24,671 nt of DNA from positions 1-24,671 of the forward strand of contig JANOBW010000183.1 of the NCBI GenBank assembly GCA_031411855.1. Reading direction: 5' to 3'. Below the pieces are notes generated by a model, which was not told the origin of the DNA, did not search any database, and worked only from the letters and a program-made list of their open reading frames with translations. This DNA comes from Opitutia bacterium. Its GTDB lineage: Bacteria; Verrucomicrobiota; Verrucomicrobiia; Opitutales; JANOBW01. Numbering within the stretch: the stretch's first letter is position 1; each line of letters starts with the position of its first letter. The translations under genes and the position numbers were made by a program. Positions 23,690 through 24,671 of this stretch are shown piece by piece.

Positions 23690-24671
23690 ATGAACCGCCG
23701 CCACTTTCTGCAAACCTCGGGCCTCGGCCTCGGCGCGCTCGCCCTCGCCTCCCTCGAAAGCCGCGCCTCGGAAACCCGGCACCTGACCGGAAACGCCCCG
23801 GCCAAACGCGTCATCTGGCTGTTCATGGCCGGCGGTCCGCCCCACATGGATTTGTTCGACTACAAACCTTCCCTCGCCGACTTCCAGGGCAAGGACCTGC
23901 CGCCGTCCGTCCTCGGGGCCGACTTCAAACCCTCAGGCATGAGCGCCGGCCAGGCCCGCTTCACCGTCCTCGCCAGCCCCCGCAAGTTCGCCCGCCACGG
24001 CCAGTCCGGGCGCTGGGTCAGCGACGCCCTGCCCCACACCGCCAAAGTCGTGGACGATCTGGCCATGATCCACTCGATGTATTCCGACGCCATCAACCAT
24101 GAGCCCGCCATCATGCTGATGAACACCTGCGCCATGTTCCCCGGCCGCCCGTCCCTCGGGTCCTGGATCTCCTACGGCCTCGGCAGCCACAACGCCAACC
24201 TGCCCAGCTTCGTCGTCCTCAACTCCAACCTGCTCCCCGGCACCTCCGGCCAGCCCGTCACGCCGCGCCTCTGGTCCAGCTCCTTCCTCCCCACCGAACA
24301 CGCGGGTGTGGCGCTCCGCTCCGGCCGCGATCCGGTGCTCTACCTGAAAAACCCCGAGGGCATGAGCCCCGCCCTGCGCCGGGAACTCGTCGAGGGCATC
24401 AACGAGCAGAACGCCCGCACCTTCGACGGCTGGGGCGACCCCGAGACCCGCGCCCGCATCGCCCAATACGAGCTGGCCGGCAAGATGCAGACGAGCGTCC
24501 CCGAACTCACCGACCTCTCCGACGAACCCGAGAGCACCTGGGAACTCTACGGCCCCGACGCCAAGACCCCCGGCTCCTTCGCCCACAACTGCCTCATGGC
24601 CAGGCGCCTGGCCGAACGCGGCGTCCGCTTCACCCAGGTTTACCAGCGCGGCTGGGATTTCCACGGCGGCC
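23690..24671 (+). CDS. DUF1501 family protein with twin-arginine (TAT) signal, 3'-truncated at window edge
   Basis: It starts MNRRHFLQTSGLGLGALALASLESRASE (RRxFL TAT motif). Then RVIWLFMAGGPPHMDLFDYKP..., which is typical of the DUF1501 N-terminus. It stays open to the window end, so the track does not list it. It is the conserved partner of PSD1/DUF1553 proteins. Confidence 0.85.
   Translation, partial: MNRRHFLQTSGLGLGALALASLESRASETRHLTGNAPAKRVIWLFMAGGPPHMDLFDYKPSLADFQGKDLPPSVLGADFKPSGMSAGQARFTVLASPRKFARHGQSGRWVSDALPHTAKVVDDLAMIHSMYSDAINHEPAIMLMNTCAMFPGRPSLGSWISYGLGSHNANLPSFVVLNSNLLPGTSGQPVTPRLWSSSFLPTEHAGVALRSGRDPVLYLKNPEGMSPALRRELVEGINEQNARTFDGWGDPETRARIAQYELAGKMQTSVPELTDLSDEPESTWELYGPDAKTPGSFAHNCLMARRLAERGVRFTQVYQRGWDFHGG

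Noticed and set aside
23860-24664. Minus-strand ORFs 23933-24664 and 23860-24135 at the window end
   Set aside because: The real gene is the open-ended plus-strand DUF1501 ORF starting at 23690 (TAT signal). The minus ORFs are Gly/Ala-rich artefacts.
1-24671. Looked for mobile-element hallmarks (transposase or integrase ORFs, IS terminal repeats with target duplications, phage genes), CRISPR arrays, tRNA and rRNA genes
   Set aside because: No ORF has transposase or integrase character. No spacer-repeat array is present. No cloverleaf-like tRNA candidates were found in intergenic regions. The only repeat-bounded elements are the small heptamer hairpins and the 200-bp ppk-mgtE palindrome, which carry no coding capacity.

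Overview
This is a high-GC (~65%), gene-dense chromosomal window. The PSCyt1/DUF1549/DUF1553 + DUF1501 pair, a sulfatase, HprK and PPK1 together suggest a PVC-superphylum genome (Verrucomicrobia/Opitutae-like or Planctomycete); that placement is inference. I can support 20 protein-coding genes. (1) A five-gene lipid-modification cluster on +, 1..5466: a 5'-truncated NAD/FAD oxidoreductase, DUF1365, two tandem cyclopropane-fatty-acid-synthase-family methyltransferases, and DUF1295. This co-linear set recurs across bacteria. As far as I recall, its homologues form the sigma-E/ChrR singlet-oxygen regulon and the furan-fatty-acid (UfaD/UfaO) pathway of Rhodobacter. (2) Housekeeping genes: rph, hprK, lptB, a TetR-regulated DCC/DUF393 thiol-disulfide oxidoreductase, def, a Fur-family regulator, mgtE, ppk1 and a DUF1080 protein. 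(3) An unusual 789-aa flotillin/SPFH protein whose N-terminal SPFH segment is tandemly repeated about 5 times. (4) An exported module on +: sulfatase, then a 1130-aa PSCyt1-DUF1549-LamG-DUF1553 protein, then a TAT-signal DUF1501 protein (3'-truncated). Beyond the genes, there are repeated non-coding structures. These are arrays of 4-5 tandem heptamers arranged as inverted pairs at several intergenic sites, a ~200-bp nested palindromic element (23-bp outer inverted repeat around four 13-17-bp mini-hairpins) in the ppk-mgtE spacer, and two clean back-to-back intrinsic terminators. I found no transposase, integrase, CRISPR array, tRNA or rRNA. Many long ORFs in the six-frame track are antisense GC-artefacts and are rejected below.
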